From assembly GCA_045837725.1 (NCBI GenBank), contig JBEWZL010000127.1:62001-126000 (forward strand): DNA of 64,000 nucleotides, read 5' to 3'. Below are positions 23,301 to 35,958 of the stretch, in pieces. Source of the stretch: Vermamoeba vermiformis. Lineage: Eukaryota. Position 1 is the first letter of the stretch, and each line of letters starts with the position of its first letter. The notes beneath the pieces were generated by a model, which saw only the letters and a program-made list of their open reading frames with translations, had not been told where the DNA came from and did no database searches. The position numbers and the translations under genes are program-made.

Positions 23301-26300
23301 AGTAGCGACCTTCTTTCTGTAAATAATGAAGCGCCAGTGGAATATAATGATGAACACGAATAAGACCGCGAATGGAATGTCAATCAACAGCTCGAAAAAT
23401 GCATAAAAGACTGCAACGTGAGGACCGATGTTCAAATCAACAGAGAGCATCAGCTGATAATAGTTCAACTTGCTCAAGGCCTAGTAGGAGGGTTATTATT
23501 AGCAACGTGTTAAAAATGACGTATTTGCACGTACTTCTTTCATACGACGAATCATCTTTGGTGCTTTGAATCCAGTCACAAGCACGACAATGGCGCACAG
23601 AGCTGCCGGAATATCAACGAACAAGAGTGAGAACTGCATTAGCGCGACACCTCTCTTGTCGGAGTTGGTGCTGATCTAGATTTTCAGTTAGAACTTGTCA
23701 AGTACTAAGTGACGGTAACACTTACCGATTTGAGCTGGTGGTACATGACCTTTGAACGCCAGAGCAGAGCGAAAACGATCATCGTCATAATAATGAAGGG
23801 CAAGTCAACGATGGTCAAACCAAAGAATTTGAAGATGACACCGTGCACCTTCAGTCCCTTCTTATCTTTCAATGACGCTTTCATTTCACTTCTGTGCCAC
23901 AACAACAGCGTGACGATGACGTAAGCTACGAGTGCAAAAATGTCCAAGAGAAGCGAGACTAGTTGTTCCATTGCTATAAATCTCTTGTCATTAACCGTCT
24001 TTGCAGCTGCCAATTCTTGATAAAGCTCGCGAGCTCGCCAGCCAGTGCAAAATACGATTAACGAGGCGAGCATGAATGGCAAGGACAGCAAGGCTTGGAA
24101 GAAGTGCTTGCACACGATGACGTGCACCATGAAGTCGGTGTGTTTCTAATTGATCATTAGTACTCACTTAAGTCCGATCCAATGACTTACATCGAGCTCC
24201 GTTTCATATGGTTGCACGTGCCATCTGGTCAACTTAATGAAACCAAGACCTAACACCATGGGCACATCAAAGATAAGGCAACAGAACATCTCGGTGACGA
24301 AGAAGCGTTTGTCTTTGATAATAGCAGCCTGCCGCAGAATGAGTACCATCACGATAATCGAAATGGCAGATAACTTACCGCTGTGACTTTCTCTCGTGTG
24401 CGCTTGAATCTATAGACTGTAATTGCGAGGATGAAATACATAACGAGGAAGGGGAAGTCGACAATTGAGCTGAAAAAGTGTCTGAGGATTGTGTCCTGTC
24501 GCGGGCGATAGGTCAAGTCCTTTGTGTCTTTCTGCACTTCAGCCAATCTCCACGGGTTCAAATACAAGCAGCCAAGAGCAAACGTCACGAGAGGATCCAA
24601 CATGACGCAAACGAAGAAGGTGCGGACAAGGTAGTACTGTTGTTCATCGCTCTTGCCCTTAATGCTGGCACGGAAATCAGAACTGCGCCACGAGAGCACG
24701 ATCACAACTGTTTGCAAGATGATTGGCATGTCACGAATGGTCCACCAGAAGTGTTTGAAAATGACCTTCTCGCGTTCTAGACCGGATTTGAGCTACCAGA
24801 TTGTTTCGTTAGTGGAACTATAGAGACACTTTATTACACGTACCTGCATCTCATTGCGCATACTCTTCAAGTGCCACACAAATAAGGCGACAAACAAGCC
24901 AGCAACGAGCGAAAGTACATCAAGAATAATGCAAAGGAACTGCTCCAGGACGATTGTTCTTCTTTGCCAGTTATCCACAGCCTAATGTTTTCATTAATAA
25001 AAGGAATCAGTTAAGATGATAGACTAACCTGTTTGAGTGCCTTGTATTGCGCCACTGTTCGCCAAGTCAAGCTGTTAACGAGCAACAGCAAAAAGAAGGG
25101 CGTGTCGTACAAAGTACATAGGAGACCGTGATATAGCTCGACATTGTATTCCATTTCGCTAACGGGCTGAGGATTGGCATCGTTCGGATTTACTGGTACT
25201 CGCACTACGGGGAGATGCCAGCGAGTGATGTATAAAATAGCGTGCACAACTGGCTTGGGAATATCGAGCAGCAAGAAAGCCAATTGTTGGAACACGAACT
25301 TTCTGCGTTTACGAGAGTTAATTTCCTATTAAACGTTAGTCCGTGACGAAATCATATTGCGTTATGCTACGTACAGTGCTCAAGAACTTGTACACTTTAA
25401 CGGTCCGCCAAGAGATCAACAGCAAAGCGGAGACTATAATGGCAGGCAAGTCTAATATGGTGATGAACATGAACTCAATCAGCTTCAGATTCCTATCGAA
25501 CTGCGTCATATTCTTGGTCTCTTCTACCATCATGCGATAGTTCCAGCGAGTAATGAATATAAAGATGTAAGCGACAATAGACAACACATCGGTTATCATC
25601 TCGAAGGCGTATCTATAAACGATCTTCGTGCGTCTGTGTTTCATAGTTTCCTGCAATTAAATTAGCACATTTTTGAAGAAATTTGGGACTTACTTTTTCA
25701 AGATCAGCATTCATTCGCTTAAACTTGTAGAAAGCAATTGCTAGAAGCAAGTACAAAACTATTGTTGGCAGGTCAATGATCTGCCAAATGAAGTACTTGA
25801 GAGTGGTTGCGTGCCACTCAATGCCCTTCTTGTCTTTGATTCTCGTCATGTACTCCTTTGCGTGCCATCTCAACACGTAGATGAATACGAACATCACAGC
25901 GGCAGGAATATCAAACAATCCGCTGAAGAAGTGGTCCACCGCAAGAACTCGTCGCTCGTATGCTGTTGTTGCCTGTGAAGGATTAATTGATTAATTACTG
26001 TACTACTTAGAGGTGCTGATTACGTACGGCTTTGAAGCGCTTGTAAAGTGAAGGCAATCTCCACACAAATAAGATCGATACTACGCCCAGTAAGACAAAA
26101 GGCAAGTCGTAGATCCATTGAGCGAAGTGCCATAACACCAACCCACGTCGAGTGGATGAAGGTTGCTATTGAAGTGTCAGACACGACATGCACAATTCTG
26201 AAACAGTACTTACAGTTACAATATCTTTCCACAAGGCAGGGGCTCTCCAAATAGTTATGGTCATCGGAATGATGAGCAGGTACACCGGTATGTCTAGCAG

Positions 26301-27208
26301 TACTTTGAGCGCGACGTAGATGGTCTCTGCTCGTTGTGCCAGCTCTCCGTGCTTGTCACTAACAGCTCTGAGTTCGTTGTATCTCCAATAAGTAATAAGA
26401 ACTACGAGATAGAACGGTGCAACGAGCCAATCAATGAGCGTGAACATGAGCTGATGCAACACGTGCTTTCTGTAGCTCGTGATGCGTGTCTTGTTCGGCC
26501 ATTGAAAGAGGTGTCTAATTCTGATTACTAGTGCTGCAACCACGAGAGTTAAAGCAGCGGTAAGGAGATCCAATTGAGCGTCCCACGACGAGTACCAGTA
26601 GCGAACCCTGGATGGAGTTAAAAATTTCGAATTTTACACAAGTGTAATTTGTGCGTACCAATCAATCTTGTTAAGCTTTAGCTTCTTTTGGCCGAAGTGT
26701 TGAATGCCAAAGAAACCCGAAATCATTCCCGAATAGAGAGCTAAAAATAGAATTCAAAAAACTTTCGTTCCTTAACCGTTGCAAGTTAACTTACCAATGA
26801 CTGATGCAATAGTGCTGATCTTTTGTACGGTATCACTTTCATTATGCGATAGACTGTTCGCTAGATTATAAACTCCGTACCCTTGCAAAGCAACCCACGG
26901 CCAAAATGCCACAGAAAAAATCCACCTGTATTAATCTTATTAGAAGAGGATATAGTATGTACCAATCGATCAATTAAAGTTGAAAATAAATTCAAGATAT
27001 TTTTGAGATTAAATTTGAATTACCTGAATATGCCTAAAAGAGCATATGTCACTCCATAAGACTGAAATACTGAGTGTAATAGCACCGGCTCGGTAACTTT
27101 AAGGTATAGATATGTTGGAAGTGCACATGCTGACAAGACTATCATCAGGATCGCCCTGCTGAGAAAGTAGGGAATTTTAAGGACCTTAAGGACAATAGGC
27201 TCCTCCAT
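20355..27208 (-). CDS. Very large multi-exon membrane protein with ~27 hydrophobic repeats, an internal F-box and C-terminal TM segments
   Basis: Consecutive minus-strand exons encode a repeated R..V..HF...L.D.P.(hydrophobic)..WR unit. F-box LFDAVPQEVILQ|IMTYLPAKALARLSFCNQIL...LWQAL lies at ~21740-21920. Start may be 27208 or 27328. Confidence 0.8.
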
Positions 27209-27539
27209 CTTGTCTGTATATCGTTCTACAGTTGCATGTGGTCTATATTTTAAGTTGAAAGGTGTTTTGGGGACAAAACCCAATTTATCTGAAACCGCCG
27301 AAAATTCAGCTCGGGAATTCTGACGCATTCAACTGACGTCGACTGTCTACTAATAGGCAACATGTTATTATGTTCAATAAATATATTTACATTATACTTA
27401 TTACAAGATTGCGAGCTCAAGGCTTAAACGGCAAGACTAGATGGGTTGCTTAAATATCTCGGGAACTTCCCTGATACCACGTGGCACCAATGCCAAAATA
27501 GCCGATTAAGCAAGCGCTACTATACATCATGCTGGCTAA

Positions 27540-28531
27540 CTACTTGTTCGCCATTTTTCTTCTAAATCGTTCAAAAGCAATGCTGTCGGTGGCGTTATCG
27601 GATAATTGATCGATGGTCTTTTCCTTTGCTAGAATTCTGGTCAGTGCCAACATCATCTAAGGACTGGTATATTTTGACCTACCAAACCTCGGCACCACGT
27701 CATCTTGTTCTTGAACCTGTTTCTTGCCTCCTTCCAGTAGTTTTTGTCTCGCTCTTTCAGTCTCTTCAATATTCTGTTGCTTGTAAATAGAAGGCAGCTC
27801 GACCTCTTGTACTAGGCCTGCGTTGTGGCTTGTCGAGTTGCCATCGCTCAGTACTCTGTCAGCCTCGATCTCGCTCGTGTAAGCCCTCTACGAAATCGCT
27901 ACGTTAGATCGGGCAAAAAATTAATTAAAGCATTACTTACACTCGGTCTAGGTGTCTCCGTCGATGTACTTTTAATATCTTCCTTGCTCACAAGTCCACC
28001 CTGATTGCTTGCCAGTCTTTTTTCGATGTACTCGTGCCTTTCGGTAATTTAGACATTACTGCTCAAATTAACGCGCCAAACGATGTTACTTACATTTTAA
28101 GTTCTAGTCTATCCACAATATCAGCTTGTGAGGTGAACTGCTCGCCTAAACTCTGAACTGACTCGTCTTTTTTCTTGGCGGATCCAGAACTTCCTGGCTC
28201 AACCGCTACTTCTAAGCCCTTATTTCGCAATCGAAATTGTTGAAGAATTTTTGTTTCTTCTAACCGCTGCCTAAAGAAACAGTCAGCGGAGTGAAAAAGA
28301 AAAGAAAAAGCAAATAAATTATCTAAATTTTATCTGCGTATTATTTTGATGGGAAAGAACTAGAAGATAATGTTTATTATTAAATTCCTCCAGAAAAATA
28401 TTTTGTGAATTATTTCGAATTTCATACTTGATCAGTTCAGCTTCCTCTTCATGATCCTCGTCTGTCTCCTCGCGCTTACGCTTTCTGAACTTCTTTTTTT
28501 TATCTATCTTCGCGGCTGTATCGTCACTCAT
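27540..28531 (-). CDS. C9orf78: C9orf78/Tls1 (HCA59)-like splicing factor
   Basis: KKKKFRKRK, LEETKILQQFRLRNKGL, QFTSQAD...EYIEKRL, EVELPSIYKQQNIEETERARQKLL and C-terminal NATDSIAFERFRRK match the family pattern. Confidence 0.8.
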
Positions 28532-28662
28532 GGTTGCTGCTTTGAACAAAATTCAGTAATGACGTCACAACGATCGGTTTACTTTTTGACACGCGCGCGA
28601 AAAATTAAGATTACTATTTATTTAAATAAAAAACTAAGATACTCGACATGATATTAGCACGT

Positions 28663-29650
28663 TTAAGCTTCGTGAGGTTTAACGGCGCTGTCGAGACCAG
28701 CTTGAGGGGCCAGGCCTTGACCGACCAGACCGAGCTTCTCTTTCTTCATTTCAGTGGGCCACATGATGCGGTAGAACAAGTGAGCAGAGGCAGCTTGAGC
28801 AGTGCCAATGACCAAAGGACCTACAACAGGCACAGACATGATAGCAGCGAAGGGCAAGTAGAATCTTGACGCAAAAGATATGAGCATAAAATTTCACGCG
28901 AAACCAACAACGGTAACTTACCCTAACATAGGCCAGCGCTTCTCTCTGTACAATCTGCGCTGCTCTTCGTAGCCCATGCGCTTATAGTGACGAGTGTAAG
29001 GGCTCATCATATTCCAGCAGAGTTGTTCGGCAGATACGATAAATTGACCGAGCGGGGCCAACATGCCGAACACGGGAATCCAACCAAGAGCTAGCAATGC
29101 CATCGACAACCATGACCAGTGCCATTTAGTGCGCCTGTTCGTGCGTGAGTCATCGGAGGATCTTTGTCTCAATTTAGTTTGAATCGAATCTCTCATTCGT
29201 GAGGACAAAGGATTGTCGAGGACCTTCAATTCGTCCAAAAAGATGTTGTCGAGCACTAAGGGGTTCTTAGCTCGTGTCCAGTTCAAAGCCCAAATTGGCA
29301 ACAGGGTGAAGATCTGGATGATGACACCTGGTGCTAGCATGAATAAGCCGAATACTATCGGCGAGAAGAAGATGCAGGCCAATGCAAATCCACCGAGGAG
29401 AATGGCGTATTGTTTGCCCCAAGCCCTAGCACGCAAAGTTAGTATCAAGTTCGACGATCAAGCTGCGGACACGTGACACTTACTTGAACAGCCTTGAGAA
29501 CAGCTGTCTAAGCTCACCGTTGGTGAAACTCGATAGGGTGCCATTGAGGGCGATCTTTGCGCCAGTCAGCATTGATTTCATAGGGTATTCTGAGTTGATG
29601 TAACCCTTGTCCGAAAGGAACTTGCGGGTATTACTTTTTACGTAATCCAT
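28663..29650 (-). CDS. Multi-pass membrane protein, EI24/CysZ-like
   Basis: Several TM helices with LGWIPVFG, a short loop ending in PMLG, and SVPVVGPL..AQAASAHL, as in EI24-domain proteins. Confidence 0.6.
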
Positions 29651-30417
29651 TGTTGTTTTAATCGATAGAAAATAATATTATTGAATTTTGGACCAGAAGG
29701 AAGCTATAAAAAGGGACCAGAAACGTGCCAAGGTAATTTTCAATCAAATCTCAACTAAATTATAGAAGCAATTCAATTGGACGCAGAAGATTATTTATAC
29801 TTGCCATATTGAATCGTGTGACAGTACTGAATTTTTTGTGTCTCAAAATCTGCGCTGAACTCAAAATTGCAACGGCTACCTCGTTTTGGTGGGATGTTAA
29901 GCTTCACGGCGTGCGTTAACAAAGATATTGATTTGATCGTTATGGCTGAATTTCACGGTGTATTATTAACATGTGGTTGTGGTTATGCGCTGATATGGTC
30001 AAAAGATTGTGCGGACCTGCAGACACGTTGACTTTTTTTTTCACCCGTCACTTTAACTTCAAATTGGTTTGCTGAACAACCATCCATGAACAAACCGTTA
30101 AAAAGAGAAGATTGTAGTGTAGTATATTTATCAAAGTAATAGTTGAGAACTTTAACCGGTTGCAGGAACAAGATCAAGTTAAGCGAAAAGGTATTTTTGT
30201 TTAAATATTATTGTATTAGTGTTATTATAATATAGAGCAATGGGTGCAGCTCTTGTATTACAAAAAACGTTTAGGAATTTTTAGAGAATTATTGCGAGTA
30301 GCATAATTAACTTTTTGACCTTGCGCTAACGCTTGTAATTTTGCAGAACATCGAACATCATTTGAATAGAATATTGAAAGTATAGAAGCAAAGGAAAACG
30401 TCAATCGTTTCGCAACC

Positions 30418-33400
30418 ATGCGAAAAAATTCGATCAAGGAGGTCTCGCAATTATGCGAGGGCTCTCCGACGAATAGGTATGACAATTTATATTGTTGTAT
30501 CGCGATTGTTTACACGTACTTTTTAGCTATTTAATTGCTGAAGAAAAGACCTGGATCACTCACGAGACTTGGATCGACGAAGAAGAGACCACCCGCCGAA
30601 GTCTATTAGTAAACAATAGTGATTTATATAATTTAAAATCCGAAGCACAAAAGTGCGAAGATGAATGGCAGCGAAAAGGACAGGAACGCTGCATCCAGAA
30701 GCGGTTACTGATCGCGAGCGCGCTTGGTCTTGAAGACGCAGTCGAGCGATTGGTTCAATCGGGTGCCGATCCATGCTTTAAACAGAACAAGTTCGGATTC
30801 AGGTACGCGGCTGTCTATTAATATAAATTTCTCTAAAAGGAAAGACTGGCGGTTCGTGATCTGCCAATGTTTTTCAAACTTTTTCTAACTCGTATTGACG
30901 TACTTTACAGCGCACTGAACTTTGCCGCAAGTACGCGACAACTGGTGTCGTTGTTGAATTTAATGAAGAAAAGGAAAATCGCGGATGTGGATGCTTCAAT
31001 TGAAAGCTCCAAGTATCAGTACAACCCCTTAGATCTGTTGTACATTGAGCTCAGTCATAGATTGTATGACAAACACGACGACGACATACATTTGAGTGAG
31101 TTATTCAGCTTTGGCGATGGCTCTCACTTCCAGTTGGGTCACGGTGATTCGATGCCGCGACAAATTCCTAAAAAGGTTAAAGCCCTCGATGGCGAGGACA
31201 TAGCCGTGCTCTCATGCTCTGACGTGCACTCTGCCATTCTCACTAGCAATGGCAAGTTGTACACATGGTACGTGAAACAACCAGCGCAATTATGGTCGAG
31301 TGGACTAACCTTTCACTGAACAGGGGCAAAGGAGACATGAAGACGCACGAGTTCTCCAAGCTCGGTTACGAAGACGTGGCAGTACAAGTAACGCCGCGTC
31401 AGATTATGAACAGCGTTACTTGCGTTGATGTCGCCACGAGCAACAATCACACAGCTGTTGTGACCAATGACGGTTCATTATTCACTTTTGGTAAGCTTTT
31501 CTGCTGCTTTAGTGTCCGGTAGAAGGGTCATAATAATTTTCTAATTCAGGTCAAGGAGCTGATGGCCATCAGTTGGGTCACGGCAAGGCAGAACTCGAGT
31601 CACCTATCAAACGAGTTCTCGCTCTCAAGACTAAGGTGGTCACTAATGTTGCGTGTTCTGACAATCACACGGTGTGTCTGACGAGTGACGGACAAGTCTA
31701 CACTTTTGGACGAGGCTCTCATGGACAGCTGGGCCACACTTTGTTCCAAAACGAACATACCCCGCGATTGGTACGTAAATTTATTTGTTAACTTAATGAT
31801 GGGGCTAATTGATACCTTAGGTATCCTCTTTGACCAATCTTATCGTCAAATCAATTAGCTGTGGCCCGAACATGACAGCTGCACTCACGGAGCACGACGA
31901 TGTTTACTATTTTGGCAATGGAAATCCTCGTCCTGAACGAGTGGTGTTCCAGTTCTCAAATGGTCAGACTGGCTACGTGAGCATCTTCCGCAAGTGCAAG
32001 ATTAAACAAGTGGTGTGCGATGAGAACCACATCCTCGTGTTGACTACCTCAGGCGAGCTCTATGTATTCAATCCAAAGGACATTCGCAAATCTACTGGCG
32101 GTCAGCAGCCAGCGCGATTGTTGAACATCAACGAGAAGAAGATTGCGTACGTGGAGGCCAACAATAACCAAGCCGTGGCCTTAAGTGAACACGGCGAAGT
32201 TTATCAGTGGAGTCTCACGGACGATGACAAAAAAGTGAAGCCACAGCGCATTTTGCTTGGCTGGCGCGTCAAGAAAATTAAGCGCAGCAAACAGCACACA
32301 CTGTTAGTGGTTGATAGAGCACTGCCAGTGTCTCACCGGATGTTCCAAGCCGCTTGCAAGAGCCTTGTAGAGCCTGACGAGGCATCAGCAGACCTCGAGC
32401 CTCAGTTTGCTGATTTGAAAGTCTCTTCAGGAGACTTGCCTGAACTAGACAAAGACGAGGAGTTATTAGAGATTGAAGATCTGGAAAAGCGTTATGGAAG
32501 TCCACGCGAAGAAGATGTTGAATACGACATTCCAGAGATCTCTCGCAAGTCTTTGATTGAAGATTTGACCGATCTGTTGGACGACAAGGCCACAGCTGAC
32601 GTCGCTTTTGTGATGGCACCAAAGCCTGTTGAAGGAGATGCGTCACCATCGTCAGATCAGATTGCTGTAGTTCAAGCTCATCGTGTCATCCTGTCACGTC
32701 ACCCACACTTTGCAGCGTTGTTCAAAAACAACCAACAGCGATGCGATCGCTTGAAGACACTACTGCAACGAATTCCAACCAACCAACTGGGCATAGACCG
32801 AGACAAGGCGACTGTTCTCTTGGTTGAAGTTGACACGAAAGAAGATGTCGAGGCATGCCAGTGCGCGATGATTGCACTTGTCAATTATCTCTATGGCAAT
32901 GAACTCAATATGTTCTGTGCTCGCAAAGGACTCTCCAAAGAGCTTAAGAAGCAGATCAAGAAGCAGCTCTTGGACCTGGCCATTCAGTTCAATGTCAGTC
33001 ACGTTATGAAGTCGCTAGGCCATCACGTGCGTGGCACTCAATACGTGGAACTGGCACCATTGACTGAGCATTTACGACATCAACTCAATGCTGCTAATAG
33101 CAACCAAGCTGGCAACTTGGCAGACTTGAAGATCATCGTTGAAGGGCGTGAAGAGGTCAAGGCTCACAAGTCCATTGTGTCGACGCGCTGCCAGTACTTC
33201 AAGATGTTGCTCGGAACAGAGTACAGCCATTACAAAGAGAGCTCATCAGGCCTCATTGTCATGGAAGATATTCCGCGTGAAACTCTGTTACACGTCCTCG
33301 AGTTCATTTACACTGGCCAGTTGCCTGCCAAGCTGACAATCACGCAGTTGATGAACATGATCATTGTGGCTGATCGATTGCTGCTGACTCAATTAAGCAC

Positions 33401-34743
33401 AATTAGTCAGATTGAGGTGATGAAGCAATTGGCTATTGAGAATGTCACCTCCTTGTTGGACAATGGTTTGATCTTCGGTTTGAAGTGGCTCATCAAAGGA
33501 TGCCTCGACTTCATTCTGCGCAATGTGGAAGTGATGATCCGCACGGACTGTTTGCCGTCATATTTATTTAACACCGACAATCAGTCTGCACGCCATGACG
33601 AAGAGGAACCACGTCATTTGGCGGCTAAAGAACTGACAGACGAAATAATACAACGATGCAAAGACGAGCCTTTTGAATTTTTCACGGTTGAACACAAAGA
33701 ATACATTCAAAAGTTGTTGCAAGAGGTTATTGAAGAGTTAAAGGCTTCCCCAGCAAAGAAACAACAAAATGTTAACAACAATGTCAATGGCAATTCTAAC
33801 AGCGGCAAGAAGAAGAAGCGGAAGAATAGCATGCCCAATGTCCAGCCTAATGTCCAGTCACAGCCCAGTCCCACGACCAGCATTCCAATTGAACCCAAGC
33901 TTACCGGCCAATCACCTATGAATTGCGTCTACCCCACCAAACAGCCTTCAAACTCCACCACGCGAATCTCCAACGAACGGCACATCGCGTGTACAGTCCA
34001 CTCCGCCCTTGAGTCCTACACTGCCCTCAACACCTCCTACTAAAGTGCCAGCCTCACCTCCCACTCCATGGGCCGCGAACACGGTAGCCTCGCCCCCTCG
34101 CGGTCCCTCCTTGCTCGACATTCAACGCGAGCAGTCCAAAACACCACAGCAGAACAAGACCCAGTCCACTCCTGTGCGCAAACAACCAGCCACTGCAAAG
34201 ACTAATGGGCACTCACCTACTGTCAAGAGCAACGCCAATTCACCGATCAATCGCAGCGGCGGTGATGTAGTTATTGTGACCAAGCCGCGCAAAGGCAATG
34301 CCAAACAACCAGCGAGTCCGACATCGACTTCGGGCGAGTTAAACAAGTCTGCCGAGACAAAGAGCAGTCCTTGGGGCAAGCCTACTAACGCCCCTAGTGC
34401 TCCTCAAAGTGCTGGTAAAACTTCACTGGTAGATATTCAGCGCGAAGAGCAACAGCGCAATGGTAAACCTAGTACGAACAGATCTGCCAACGGAGGAAGT
34501 GTCTGGAAACCACCACCAAAGCCTTCTAGCAACTTGACGCGCATTCAAAATGAAGAAAAGAAGAAGAAAGACCGACCAGGCCAAGGATCGGGCGTGTTCA
34601 AGTCGTTGAAAGAGATCCAAGATGAGGAAGAAGCGGTTGCACAGATCGCACTGTTTTATCAACAAAATGGCTTTGATGAAGTTACGAGCATGAAAATCGC
34701 TCGTGGCGAGATCATAGCACCCGATGAAGAACTGTATAAATAA
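30418..34743 (+). CDS. IBTK-like protein (ankyrin-RCC1-2xBTB plus low-complexity tail); apparent +1 frameshift near 33921
   Basis: Ankyrin LLIASALG..VERLVQSGAD, RCC1 FSFGDGSHFQLGHG and YTFGRGSHGQLGH, BTB VQAHRVIL and VKAHKSIVSTRCQYF. Tail motifs SLLDIQREQ and KSLKEIQDEE are typical of IBTK. Confidence 0.85.
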
Positions 34744-34812
34744 AATTAATTTCTGCGGCCAATAATAATTGTGCAACGGTTTTTTTTGGCTTTTTTATTT
34801 TCCACCCAAATA

Positions 34813-35916
34813 ATGGGCAACAACTACTCTCGCAGTGATTTGTTAAATGTTGGAACTACAGTTGCTGAGGCAGCCCTAGATCTGCCTCGCCCTACTGGTA
34901 GTGCCACACCTTTGATACTGGAAATGTTGCCCGTTGAATTGTGGGAGCTCATATTTTCATTCTGCGCGGATAAGACACTGGCCATTGCAGTGCCTCGTGT
35001 TTGTAAATTCACTCGCGAGTTGGTGCATCCGAACTGTGGAATTTGGAGGGAGAAATGTAAATCCAAGGGCATCACTTCCATTGGAAGTTCAAATTTGACT
35101 TGGAAGAGACGGTATTTTTCTAGTAAGTATTGACAGTTAATAATTATGATTTGCTCTAGTACGTCGTAGGCCAAAATTACGAATTCCAAATTTAAATTGC
35201 AATTTAAATTATTTTAACCCAGCCTAACGCTTTACTTTCGTCTAAATATTAAAATAATATTTTCAGTGCTCTTCAAAATGTTTCCGTTGCTTGGCTTTGT
35301 AATTGGTTCCTCGACGTACAAACAACTCACCGATCATTCGGGCTCAACTGCCGGTAATTCGGGCCAATCGCGTTACGTGACCATTGAAAAACATAACTTC
35401 TGGGTGAACGAACAAAGCATATTTACGCACATGTATATTGCGAGAGGCATCTACCCGATCCCACCGTACGCCATAATCTCAATTTATATTATTAATACTG
35501 ATTGCCTAATTAGGGAATGGGAGGCTTTTGGAATCACGTGGAACAGATCGTGGCTCGCTTACAAAGAACTTTTTAAGCAATGGAACGGAAATTTCGAAGT
35601 CGTGACTGCACCACATTACCGAGACTTCCAAAACAAACCTTGTTTTTCCGCCCGATTGACAACTGTAGCATGTGACTCGGACGATGTGTGCTACATGGTC
35701 GATCTCAATTTCAATTATTCCGAGGGTAAGACGCCTTTGTAACTCTAGTTTTACTGACTACTTGTGGCAGGCAAAGAAGATTCACCGAACACGCTGTACA
35801 GCATTTCAATCTCCTCGCACAATTACATCGCAGCGAAAGACTACAAACAAGTCTACAAGGCACAGAAGATCATTGACAAGCCGGCACAGTTAGATCTGAA
35901 TAACATTGCTAAGTAA
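34813..35916 (+). CDS. F-box protein
   Basis: LPVELWELIFSFC..VPRVCK..IWREKC. MGN start (possible myristoylation). Spliced to TAA at 35914-35916. Confidence 0.8.
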
Positions 35917-35958
35917 ATGTCGCTCAGTTGTTTCACCTTTAAACCACGAATAGTCCTA

